DNA of 8,400 nucleotides from a virus (Duplodnaviria; Heunggongvirae; Uroviricota; Caudoviricetes): IMG/VR virus record IMGVR_UViG_2778261349_000002, positions 1 to 8,400 of that record; one strand, 5' to 3'. Shown piece by piece: positions 1 to 6,198 of this stretch (position 1 is its first letter; each line of letters starts with the position of its first letter). The notes under the pieces were generated by a model. It saw only the letters and a program-made list of their open reading frames with translations, ran no database searches and was not told where the DNA came from. The position numbers and the translations under genes were made by a program.

Positions 1-177
1 CTCTGCCAGCGGCTGGCGAACGGCAGGAACGACTCCGGACGGCAGACCGCGCATGTTTTTCGGTTCCGGCTCCACCAGCACCCTGCCGCAATGAAAAACA
101 GGCCGTGATTCGCGTCCAGGCTTAAGGACCACCAGGCCAAGTTCCGGCACCAGAACAGGTCGAAGTAATACCCGCAC
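1..177 (-). CDS. Hypothetical protein, N-terminal part only (gene continues beyond window start)
   Basis: Minus-strand frame is open from 177 to position 1 with no stop. GTG at 177..175 lies 1 nt after the TAA of the upstream gene and is preceded by GGAGG (182..186, read on minus). In-frame ATG at 54..52 is an alternative start. Not in the ORF track because it has no in-window stop. A plus-strand frame open from position 1 to a TGA at 106..108 is a competing reading. Confidence 0.3.
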   Translation of the reverse strand, partial: MRVLLRPVLVPELGLVVLKPGRESRPVFHCGRVLVEPEPKNMRGLPSGVVPAVRQPLAE

Positions 178-178
178 G

Positions 179-451
179 TTACCTCCAGATACGTTGCTGG
201 AATGTGCGGGACGGACGCGGTGGATGTTCGGAATAAGGGAGCCTGACAGAGATTATCCAGTGACGATAATCGAGGCTGATGGCTTTCTTAACCTCGTATC
301 CGCGCCTGCGGTAACACTGAATCAGCCATTCGGCCTGTTCTTCAGTGCATAGGGGATGCTGGTACCAGTCGGTTTTAAATACGTGCGAATGCCGCCCCCG
401 CTTAATGGCCGGGACGGCTTCAGAATTGTGGGATTTTATACGTTGCGCCAT
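179..451 (-). CDS. Hypothetical phage protein (90 aa from ATG; track ORF 179..469 starts at a GTG)
   Basis: ORF track 179..469. ATG at 451..449 is preceded by GGAG with a 6-nt spacer. Stop TAA at 181..179. No family recognised. Confidence 0.5.
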   Translation of the reverse strand: MAQRIKSHNSEAVPAIKRGRHSHVFKTDWYQHPLCTEEQAEWLIQCYRRRGYEVKKAISLDYRHWIISVRLPYSEHPPRPSRTFQQRIWR

Positions 452-518
452 CGGGTTCTCCGGTGACACAGCAGGTGCCAGTTGTTCAGGCCGGCGTGCG
501 AATTGTAAACCAGAATGC

Positions 519-549
519 CAGGAAAAAACAAAACCCGCAGAAGCGGGTT
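519..549 (-). terminator. Rho-independent terminator downstream of hok (minus strand)
   Basis: 7-bp GC-rich stem 532..538 / 543..549 with 4-nt loop; on the minus strand it is followed by TTTGTTTTTT (531..519). Confidence 0.55.
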
Positions 550-617
550 AAGTGCGGGTGCGTTGAGGATGCCTGACACATCAGAGGTGGCGAGGGATTT
601 CTCCCTCGCCGGGTCTC

Positions 618-773
618 TTACTTCTCAGATTCGTAAGCTGTGAAGACAGCGACCTCCGTCTGGCCGGTTCGGATTCGTACCTCGCAGAGGTCTTTCCTCG
701 TTACCAGTACCGTTACAACGACGGTAATACAGATGACGATCAGGGCGATTAGCATCGCCTTTTGCTGCTTCAT
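618..773 (-). CDS. hok: Hok/Gef family type I toxin (51 aa small membrane toxin)
   Basis: Translation MKQQKAMLIALIVICITVVVTVLVTRKDLCEVRIRTGQTEVAVFTAYESEK closely matches Hok/Gef/RelF toxins as recalled. ATG at 773..771, TAA at 620..618. A 9-bp perfect stem 589..597 / 602..610 sits in the 3' UTR. Confidence 0.9.
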   Translation of the reverse strand: MKQQKAMLIALIVICITVVVTVLVTRKDLCEVRIRTGQTEVAVFTAYESEK

Positions 774-830
774 AGCCTGCTGCTCCTTGCCTTTCGGCGC
801 ATAAGAGGCTAATCTAAGTGTGCAAGTCAT
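618..830 (-). CDS. mok: Mok (modulator of killing) reading frame, in-frame N-terminal extension of hok
   Basis: 70-aa ORF in the track; ATG at 830..828 with GAGG about 10 nt upstream. Same arrangement as chromosomal mokC/hokC, where mok is an N-terminally extended frame ending at the hok stop. Confidence 0.6.
   Translation of the reverse strand: MTCTLRLASYAPKGKEQQAMKQQKAMLIALIVICITVVVTVLVTRKDLCEVRIRTGQTEVAVFTAYESEK
787..815 (+). promoter_or_regulatory. Candidate sok antisense promoter
   Basis: TTGCCT (787..792), 17-nt spacer, TAATCT (810..815) on the plus strand. Predicted start near 822 reads antisense across the mok start codon and its SD. Confidence 0.5.
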
Positions 831-890
831 AGATATGGCCTCAGATTAATGTTAAGCGTCCTGCAAGACGCATAATGTTAACTGGGGCTT
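822..890 (+). ncRNA. sok: Sok-like antisense RNA (approximate; 3' end uncertain)
   Basis: Placement follows from the promoter at 787..815 and the hok/sok paradigm (antisense to the mok translation initiation region). Stem gcgtc/gacgc at 856..871; no clean terminator identified, so the end coordinate is a guess. Confidence 0.4.
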
Positions 891-1063
891 TTCTCTGTCT
901 GCCTTACGTCGGCATGCCCGAGGCAGACAGCCTCAAGCACCCGCAGCAATTCTACTTAACTCTTCTTTCCCCGCAAACCGTTTTTATCCCCAGCGGCAAA
1001 TCGAATACACCACCAGCGCCACCGCCATTGCAATTCCTACCGTTATGAACGCTTCAGGCCAGG

Positions 1064-1579
1064 TCATCGTAAAATATTCTCCTCGTTTATCAGTCCGTTT
1101 CGCTTCAGGTAGTCCATCGCCTTATCCGGTAATTTGCAGTCCGGCTTCGCTTTTTTCAGTTGGCTGACCAGCCGTTTAACCCACATTGCTAATTCGCTAA
1201 CCTGATTGCCGGATGCTGGTGGATTGTCGGCTTTACCCAGAATGGCAGCACAGCAGGCCTCTCTGAGCACCCAGTCAACAGCATCCTTCCATGCTCCTGT
1301 TTCGACTGGCGGATTCTCACGCTTTACCTGTTCATAAAAGCGCACAGCTTTAACCAGTCCTTCTGATGTCACCGGGACTGGCGGGCCGATGAATAAGGCC
1401 TGAATTTCATAGTTCGGTCTGTCGTTGCAATCCTCTTTTGTCGGTACATATTTCCAGTCACCAACCCACAGCTTCCCCTGAAAGTCTGTAACGTCTTTCT
1501 TCACGTAGCGATATCGCCATGCCACTGGTTTTGCCTGCCCTGCCGTTTCATGCCCTTCCTGATAATTAATCTCGCTCAT
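1064..1579 (-). CDS. Hypothetical phage protein, 171 aa
   Basis: ORF track. ATG at 1579..1577 overlaps the stop of the upstream small ORF in an ATGA arrangement. No family recognised with confidence. Confidence 0.65.
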   Translation of the reverse strand: MSEINYQEGHETAGQAKPVAWRYRYVKKDVTDFQGKLWVGDWKYVPTKEDCNDRPNYEIQALFIGPPVPVTSEGLVKAVRFYEQVKRENPPVETGAWKDAVDWVLREACCAAILGKADNPPASGNQVSELAMWVKRLVSQLKKAKPDCKLPDKAMDYLKRNGLINEENILR

Positions 1580-1752
1580 TCATAGCCCCACTCATCACAA
1601 TATGCTTCGACCGGAGTTTTTCCTGCTTCATAGTCATCACGCCATGCTTCAGCATCGGCGGCACTTCCACCACGTAACTCTGCATAGTCCATTAACAGTT
1701 CATGCCATTCTTCAAAACTGACGTTGTATTTAGTTGAACCAAAATCAGCCAT
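1576..1752 (-). CDS. Small acidic hypothetical protein, 58 aa (not in ORF track; translated by hand)
   Basis: ATG at 1752..1750, TGA at 1578..1576. Translation MADFGSTKYNVSFEEWHELLMDYAELRGGSAADAEAWRDDYEAGKTPVEAYCDEWGYE. Start overlaps the stop of the 60-aa ORF (ATGGCTGA) and stop overlaps the start of the 171-aa gene (ATGA), so the three genes are translationally coupled. Confidence 0.5.
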   Translation of the reverse strand: MADFGSTKYNVSFEEWHELLMDYAELRGGSAADAEAWRDDYEAGKTPVEAYCDEWGYE

Positions 1753-1927
1753 TTTGTTCTTCCTCTTCGTCTTTTATTTCGTGATATGAGTAATTGCAGT
1801 AGTTAAAGAAAATTTCTTTTGCTTCGTTATGAATTTCATCAGGCGTCGCATCATCATTCACTTCGAATTCATCCTCGGAATCTCCACCGGCGATTCCCGT
1901 TTCAATAATTATTTTGAACTTTCGCAT
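1745..1927 (-). CDS. Small highly acidic hypothetical protein, 60 aa
   Basis: ORF track. ATG at 1927..1925. Asp/Glu-rich sequence (DSEDEFEVNDDATPDE ... KDEEEEQ). AT-rich coding sequence preceded by an AT-rich intergenic stretch (about 1985..2060). Confidence 0.5.
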   Translation of the reverse strand: MRKFKIIIETGIAGGDSEDEFEVNDDATPDEIHNEAKEIFFNYCNYSYHEIKDEEEEQNG

Positions 1928-2074
1928 TTCACTACCGCCCTGCCGGGCGGTCTCCTGATGTTCTGAGGGTGCAGGAATCCCTCCGGTTAAGGATTAAATT
2001 TTATTTACAGTGCTGATTTTAATTATTCAGTTCTGGATTATGCTTTCTCTTTCACCTGCCGTAGTTCCTGGTAA

Positions 2075-2380
2075 TTAATTTCGCTCACTGGTTGCCTCCT
2101 GGAAAATAACTGCATGCCCCAGTTTCTCCGCCAGTGCCAGCTCTGCCTTAGCGCCTGCCGACCGCTGCCAGCCTTCCAGCATATAAACCGCATCCACACA
2201 ACGAATCATTGCCATGCAAATATCCATGTAATGTGGCTGAGTCAGCCCGTCCGGAAGTACTGCGGGATTTAATACGGTATGCCCTTCCTGTTTCAGTGCT
2301 TCTTCCGCCTTGTGAAACGCCTCACGGTTGAAATTTTCATATCCCGTCATCGGACCGGCGATATAAATTCTCACCCTCAC
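2075..2380 (-). CDS. DUF4406-like protein (nucleoside 2-deoxyribosyltransferase-like fold), 101 aa
   Basis: Translation MRVRIYIAGPMTGY... resembles the DUF4406 family as recalled. GTG start at 2380..2378 preceded by AGGAGG with an 8-nt spacer; it overlaps the stop of the upstream gene (GTGA). TAA at 2077..2075. Confidence 0.7.
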   Translation of the reverse strand: MRVRIYIAGPMTGYENFNREAFHKAEEALKQEGHTVLNPAVLPDGLTQPHYMDICMAMIRCVDAVYMLEGWQRSAGAKAELALAEKLGHAVIFQEATSERN

Positions 2381-2658
2381 GCCTGAACCCTCCTGTCGAA
2401 ATAAACGTAGTTATTCACTGCGCCCAACTTCATCCCAAACTTTTCGGCAATTTCCCGTCGGGGTACGCCACGCTGATGCAGTTGCCGCGCCAGCTCAATA
2501 TCACGCTGTGAACATTTGGCTGACTGGTGATAATCACCCCGTAACATCATGCAGATACCCAGTTCCCGCGCTTTCGTCCTGACGGCAGCCCCACTACGGC
2601 CAATCAGACTGCCGATGCTTTCGACTGTCATCGTTCCCGCACACTGCCGGAGTATCAT
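2377..2658 (-). CDS. Small HTH DNA-binding protein (about 93 aa from ATG 2658; track ORF begins at a GTG at 2781 inside the upstream gene)
   Basis: Two HTH-like segments (SIGSLIGRSGAAVRTKARELG and RREIAEKFGMKLGAVNNYV). ATG at 2658 lies after the stop of the upstream gene (2691); ATG at 2631 is an alternative. Both have weak SDs. Confidence 0.55.
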   Translation of the reverse strand: MILRQCAGTMTVESIGSLIGRSGAAVRTKARELGICMMLRGDYHQSAKCSQRDIELARQLHQRGVPRREIAEKFGMKLGAVNNYVYFDRRVQA

Positions 2659-2690
2659 AATTTCCGCCCAGCGCCACTTCTTCCAGCCAC

Positions 2691-3407
2691 TCACCGCAGC
2701 AGCTCTCTGGTGGCGGTAATATCCCGGAGAATATCCCTGTGTTTGTTCAGTTCCCGCAGCGCGGCGCAGACACGCTCCCACTTCTGAACCTGACCTTTTG
2801 CCCGGCGCAGCTCGCGGTTAGCCACATGCAGCGATGGTAGAATCAGGTCATCTGCTTTCGTTTCGGTGACCGATGGCTGTAACTTCACAATGTCTTCCAC
2901 GATTTCTGTTTTCATTTCTTCCTGTGTCGTCGTTTCCCGGACTGGTAACGCAACACCTGCTGGCTGAGGAAAGGCTTTACCATCTGTTTCCGCTACGGAT
3001 GCAGCTTCCGGCTCTGCCGGTAAATCAGCGCCCGGTATGCAGTAACGAAATTTACCGCCCTGATTCACGCGAATCAGACGCCCTTTGCTGATTGCCATGG
3101 CCAGCGATGAATTCGCCCGGCGGGAGGTAATCCCGAACATCAGTGCCAGCTCATCTGCCGTTTGTGGGCCATGTTGTTCAATCGCCTTAATCAGCATTTG
3201 CGCTGTCACTTTCGGTACCGGTGACACCGGTTCACTTTCACCAGCCTGAATCAGCCACCACATCGAACCCTTGTTATCCGCTTCACCGCGGCGCTTCAGT
3301 TTCCACAGTTCGTTGACCGCATCTTCACGGCTGATTCCAAGGCGGGCCGCCACTACCTGTGAAGAGGCTCTTTTCAGTGCTTTCAGTGCGTCAAATACAG
3401 TTTCCAT
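2691..3407 (-). CDS. Phage protein with N-terminal winged-helix-like domain, function unknown (238 aa from ATG 3407)
   Basis: ORF track 2691..3425 starts at a TTG. ATG at 3407..3405 is preceded by GGAGG with an 8-nt spacer. N-terminus [20 protein letters not shown] resembles a MarR/winged-helix motif. Confidence 0.65.
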   Translation of the reverse strand: METVFDALKALKRASSQVVAARLGISREDAVNELWKLKRRGEADNKGSMWWLIQAGESEPVSPVPKVTAQMLIKAIEQHGPQTADELALMFGITSRRANSSLAMAISKGRLIRVNQGGKFRYCIPGADLPAEPEAASVAETDGKAFPQPAGVALPVRETTTQEEMKTEIVEDIVKLQPSVTETKADDLILPSLHVANRELRRAKGQVQKWERVCAALRELNKHRDILRDITATRELLR

Positions 3408-3440
3408 TAAAATTTCCTCCGACAAAATCGTTTCTCAGAT

Positions 3441-4103
3441 TCAAATAAAACCAGCTGCCTTCCGGCGTTCGTATTCCTGTTTCAGCCGTTCAATTGGCGT
3501 TGGCCCTTGCGGGTGTTTCGCCCCTTCCAGTTGTCGTCGCACTGGCGGAACACTCATCCCGTTACCAACATGCTTTGCCCATTTCGTCAGTTGCCGTTCC
3601 GCAAGTCGTTTTAACTCACCCTGCGTCATCTGGCGCTCAATCCCTCTGGTACGCATTTCGAGGCAGATGTGGTACAGCACAGGCTGTGGCCACGGGTATT
3701 TATCACTCCCGTCGTATCGCCAGGATTCATTGCGCCAGCGCCGGTACTCTTCCATCACTGCATCCACCGTAAGACCAAATGGATTTGCCCCACTCTCCGA
3801 AATCAGCGCAACAAACTCAGCCAGGTCCGGGGGCCACGTTTCACCCGCCCGGCAGCGGTCCATGCACTGACGGCAGACCAGACGGATTTGCTGTTCAGTC
3901 ATCGCACCAATCTGGGCAATCCAGAGCTTCGAAGGTGCGGCCCCGTTCTTCTGAGTCCAGCGGTTCGAATACACCTCCCCCATAAGCTCCCACAGCTTCC
4001 AGGCCGTTTCCGTTGCTGATAAATCCGTTGTCACGTTCCCACTGTTCGCGTGCTGCCCGGATTTCCTGAACTGCCCGTGATGCCGTGCTACCTGATGCTG
4101 CAT
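3441..4103 (-). CDS. Lambda P-like replication protein (helicase loader); start uncertain (4103, 3983 or 3902)
   Basis: Similarity to lambda P as recalled: PPDLAEFVAL vs PSPGQFVAW, SDKYPWPQ vs ESYPWKS, TQGELKRLAERQL vs TDAELRRKAADEL. ATG at 4103 has a GGGGG SD with a 6-nt spacer but overlaps the O-like gene by 209 nt out of frame. Confidence 0.7.
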   Translation of the reverse strand: MQHQVARHHGQFRKSGQHANSGNVTTDLSATETAWKLWELMGEVYSNRWTQKNGAAPSKLWIAQIGAMTEQQIRLVCRQCMDRCRAGETWPPDLAEFVALISESGANPFGLTVDAVMEEYRRWRNESWRYDGSDKYPWPQPVLYHICLEMRTRGIERQMTQGELKRLAERQLTKWAKHVGNGMSVPPVRRQLEGAKHPQGPTPIERLKQEYERRKAAGFI

Positions 4104-4926
4104 GGCTTACCCCCTTGCTGACTGGTTTTACCTGTGCCCTGACGTGCTGCACGTGGCGGGCAAATTTCTGCTCCCACTGAACCTGCGTGAAAACCTTCCC
4201 CTCCGCCATCCAGTAATCCCGGAATGCGGCAAGCTCAGCAGGTGTAAATTCCGGCTCAGGCAGAGCCATACCCCACACTGCTGCCCGTTGTCGAAAATCC
4301 GGCGACGGCTGCCAGACAGTAGTCATCGAAAATTTCCCGATGGGTTCGCTCAGGCCGTCCAGGTATTCAGGTTCGGCTGTCTGCAACGGCGCACCATTCG
4401 ACTCACTGGTCGGAATACTCTCGCGCGCGTTATGTGTGGGGTTTAATTCTGTATCTGTATCTTTATCTGTCGTGACTTGTCGTGACAGATGCGTGACACG
4501 TCGTGACTCATCGTGACAATCAGCATTATGTTTCCGCAGCTTTTCCCGCTCCCGCTGCGCTCTCTTACGCTCTGCCGGGGATTTTGCCGTTTGCGAAACG
4601 TTACCATTGTCCTCTTTCAGCACCTGACGTTTTTCCCATCCGGAAATAAGGTCACCATCCAGAACCCGCCCCTGCATTGCATGCAAAATTGAATCAATTA
4701 CGTCTTCCGTCACATCAAGCGCACTTGCTAAATCTTCCGTCGTGACATCAATGTGACCACGTAGTGACACGCCGTGACATGTCGTGACATTTCGTGACGC
4801 GCTCACCAGAAGGTGGATATACACTGCCATCACTGTTGCGATTGGCTGTCCTGATACCCTGGCAATCGTTCGCCACTTGGGGTCATTTGGCATGTCATGC
4901 CACAATCTGAGCCAGGCATTAGCCAT
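3895..4926 (-). CDS. O-like replication initiator (343 aa from ATG 4926; track start 4932 is a GTG)
   Basis: Position upstream of the P-like gene, and two arrays of helically phased GTGAC-core iterons plus an AT-rich stretch lie inside its coding sequence. ATG at 4926..4924 preceded by GAGG with a 5-nt spacer. Confidence 0.7.
   Translation of the reverse strand: MANAWLRLWHDMPNDPKWRTIARVSGQPIATVMAVYIHLLVSASRNVTTCHGVSLRGHIDVTTEDLASALDVTEDVIDSILHAMQGRVLDGDLISGWEKRQVLKEDNGNVSQTAKSPAERKRAQREREKLRKHNADCHDESRRVTHLSRQVTTDKDTDTELNPTHNARESIPTSESNGAPLQTAEPEYLDGLSEPIGKFSMTTVWQPSPDFRQRAAVWGMALPEPEFTPAELAAFRDYWMAEGKVFTQVQWEQKFARHVQHVRAQVKPVSKGVSHAASGSTASRAVQEIRAAREQWERDNGFISNGNGLEAVGAYGGGVFEPLDSEERGRTFEALDCPDWCDD
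4443..4517. repeat. Candidate replication origin: iteron array 1 (five CGTGAC-core repeats at 4471, 4481, 4492, 4502, 4512) plus adjacent AT-rich hexamer tandem repeat (4449..4470)
   Basis: Read directly: tgtcgtgac repeated with 10-11 bp spacing (one helical turn), flanked by tctgta tctgta tcttta tctgt. In the direction of O-gene transcription the order is iterons then AT-rich region, as in lambda ori. Confidence 0.7.
4742..4798. repeat. Iteron array 2: six GTGAC-core repeats at 4742, 4753, 4764, 4774, 4784, 4794
   Basis: Read directly; spacing 10-11 bp. Lies in the N-terminal coding region of the O-like gene, about 225 bp from array 1. Confidence 0.65.
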
Positions 4927-4994
4927 ACTCACCTCTTCTGATACCGAACTTTACCCACGAACTTCCGGAAGAAATCCGGTATAAATATTGTTGG

Positions 4995-5420
4995 TCAATG
5001 CACAACAACTGCATTACCAGGCTGACCACCACTGTTAGTCAGGGTGCCCCAGGCGATCGCTACAGCGACAAAATCATCCACATCTTTCACCAGCCGATCC
5101 CGTCGTTCGACGATCTCCCGGTAATATTCAGAACTGTGACTGCGCATACGGGCCACCAGCAAAGGCGGCATCGCCTTTTCGATCGCCGGTAACAGCGCCT
5201 GAATTTTTTCAACAGCATCAGACGTGTCCTTCTCCACCCAGCGGAAAATTTTCTGGGTATTACGAGCCAGGGCTTCCGGATGGCTGTCGTCGTACAGTTC
5301 CGGGAACGTCATCCCCAGCTCGAAATAAATCCGGGCTATTTCAGCTGCGGGAACTTTCTCACCATCAGGATGTGCCCAGGCATTCATCGCCATGCGGATG
5401 TGTTCATGCTTGATTTTCAT
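4995..5420 (-). CDS. ydaT: YdaT-like protein (cII-position regulator of Rac-type prophages), 141 aa
   Basis: Begins MKIKHEHI and ends VVVH, matching Rac YdaT as recalled. ATG at 5420..5418 preceded by GGAGG with a 7-nt spacer, 3 nt after the cro-like stop. Confidence 0.7.
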   Translation of the reverse strand: MKIKHEHIRMAMNAWAHPDGEKVPAAEIARIYFELGMTFPELYDDSHPEALARNTQKIFRWVEKDTSDAVEKIQALLPAIEKAMPPLLVARMRSHSSEYYREIVERRDRLVKDVDDFVAVAIAWGTLTNSGGQPGNAVVVH

Positions 5421-5423
5421 GAA

Positions 5424-5705
5424 TCAACCTCCATCAGCCTTTTTGGTGTTAAGTTCATATTTGTGACGTGAAGGGGACGTGATTCCAGTGTATTCGGGCC
5501 ATATAAGCTCCCAGTCATTAGGTCTCAATTCTCGTCTTGTAACATGTCCTCCAGTTTCTGCTTCTATCATCAACGCACGAACAGGAGACACAGGTGAAGT
5601 TCCAGATGCCATTTGGGACAAGAAAGACGGAGACACACCAAGATTGGTCGCAAATTTTTTTGCTTCTCCAGTTTTTAATGATTTGATGAATTCCTTTAGC
5701 GTCAT
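5424..5705 (-). CDS. ydaS: Cro-like / YdaS-family HTH protein, 93 aa
   Basis: HTH segment FATNLGVSPSFLSQMASG followed by RRELRPNDWELIWPE, typical of the YdaS family as recalled. Divergent from the CI-position repressor. ATG at 5705..5703. Confidence 0.7.
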   Translation of the reverse strand: MTLKEFIKSLKTGEAKKFATNLGVSPSFLSQMASGTSPVSPVRALMIEAETGGHVTRRELRPNDWELIWPEYTGITSPSRHKYELNTKKADGG

Positions 5706-5740
5706 AATTTTTATCTCAGCACATTTAGAACAAGTAAAAG

Positions 5741-5768
5741 TTTATACACAACTAAATAAACCAGTCAA
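5741..5768 (-). promoter_or_regulatory. PR-like early-right promoter driving the cro-like operon
   Basis: On the minus strand: TTGACT (5768..5763), 16-nt spacer, TATAAA (5746..5741). Predicted start about 29 nt upstream of the cro-like ATG. Confidence 0.5.
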
Positions 5769-5772
5769 GTAT

Positions 5773-5801
5773 TTGCTTATTTTGCGATTACTAAAGATAA
5801 T
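5773..5801 (+). promoter_or_regulatory. PRM-like promoter for the repressor gene; predicted leaderless transcript
   Basis: TTGCTT (5773..5778), 17-nt spacer, GATAAT (5796..5801). Predicted start falls at or beside the A of the repressor ATG (5808), and no SD is visible upstream. Back to back with the PR-like -35 element. Confidence 0.4.
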
Positions 5802-5807
5802 GTATGT

Positions 5808-6179
5808 ATGGAAACAAAAGAGATTCGGCGTTTACGCCTCAAAGAGTGGTTCAAAGACAGGACTTTGCCGCCTAAAGAGAAAAGTTACTTATCTCAGTTA
5901 ATGAGCGGTAAAGCTACGTTTGGCGAAAAGGCAGCTAGACGTATTGAACAAACATATGGGATGCCTGGGGGATATCTTGATATTGAACCAGAAGACATAA
6001 CAGAGTCTCCATCATCAAGATCTATAGCATTAACCCCTAACCAATTAGAATTGCTACAAATATTTAGTGCTTTCCCTGATAATGAGCAGCAGGAGATCAT
6101 AAAAGAACTAAAAAACAAAAAAGAGGCTATGGAAGATCTTGTCGCACGTTGGTTGGCACGACAAGGTCGCCGAGCCTGA
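5808..6179 (+). CDS. CI-position HTH (XRE-type) repressor, 123 aa; C-terminal domain paralogous to the downstream PaaR-like regulator
   Basis: N-terminal HTH (SYLSQLMSGKATFGEKAARRIEQTYGMP). Divergent from the cro-like gene. No LexA-like peptidase domain. C-terminus TPNQLELLQIFSAFPDNEQQEIIKELKNKKEAMEDLVARWLARQ. Confidence 0.7.
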   Translation: METKEIRRLRLKEWFKDRTLPPKEKSYLSQLMSGKATFGEKAARRIEQTYGMPGGYLDIEPEDITESPSSRSIALTPNQLELLQIFSAFPDNEQQEIIKELKNKKEAMEDLVARWLARQGRRA

Positions 6180-6198
6180 CGGGATATATAGATATCAG

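Noticed and set aside
345-551. Plus-strand 68-aa ORF
   Set aside because: Antisense to the 90-aa minus-strand gene and spanning a terminator hairpin; no ribosome-binding site; likely a shadow ORF.
2873-4446. Plus-strand ORFs 2873..3091, 3271..3870, 3494..3772, 3669..4019, 3779..3985 and 4102..4446
   Set aside because: All lie antisense to the winged-helix, P-like and O-like genes, which have recognisable features; their translations are rich in Ser, Arg and Pro, typical of shadow frames in GC-rich coding DNA.
4443-4798. Short direct repeats that could be mistaken for a CRISPR array
   Set aside because: Units are about 10 bp with no intervening unique spacers and lie inside a replication-initiator gene; they are iterons.
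4963-4979. Small hairpin (ccgga / tccgg) between the YdaT-like and O-like genes as a tR1-like terminator
   Set aside because: Only a 5-bp stem and no U tract on the transcribed (minus) strand.
4784-5901. Plus-strand ORFs 4784..4984, 4998..5192, 5280..5471 and 5479..5901
   Set aside because: Antisense to the O-like, YdaT-like and cro-like genes, or spanning the divergent promoter region; no convincing start signals.
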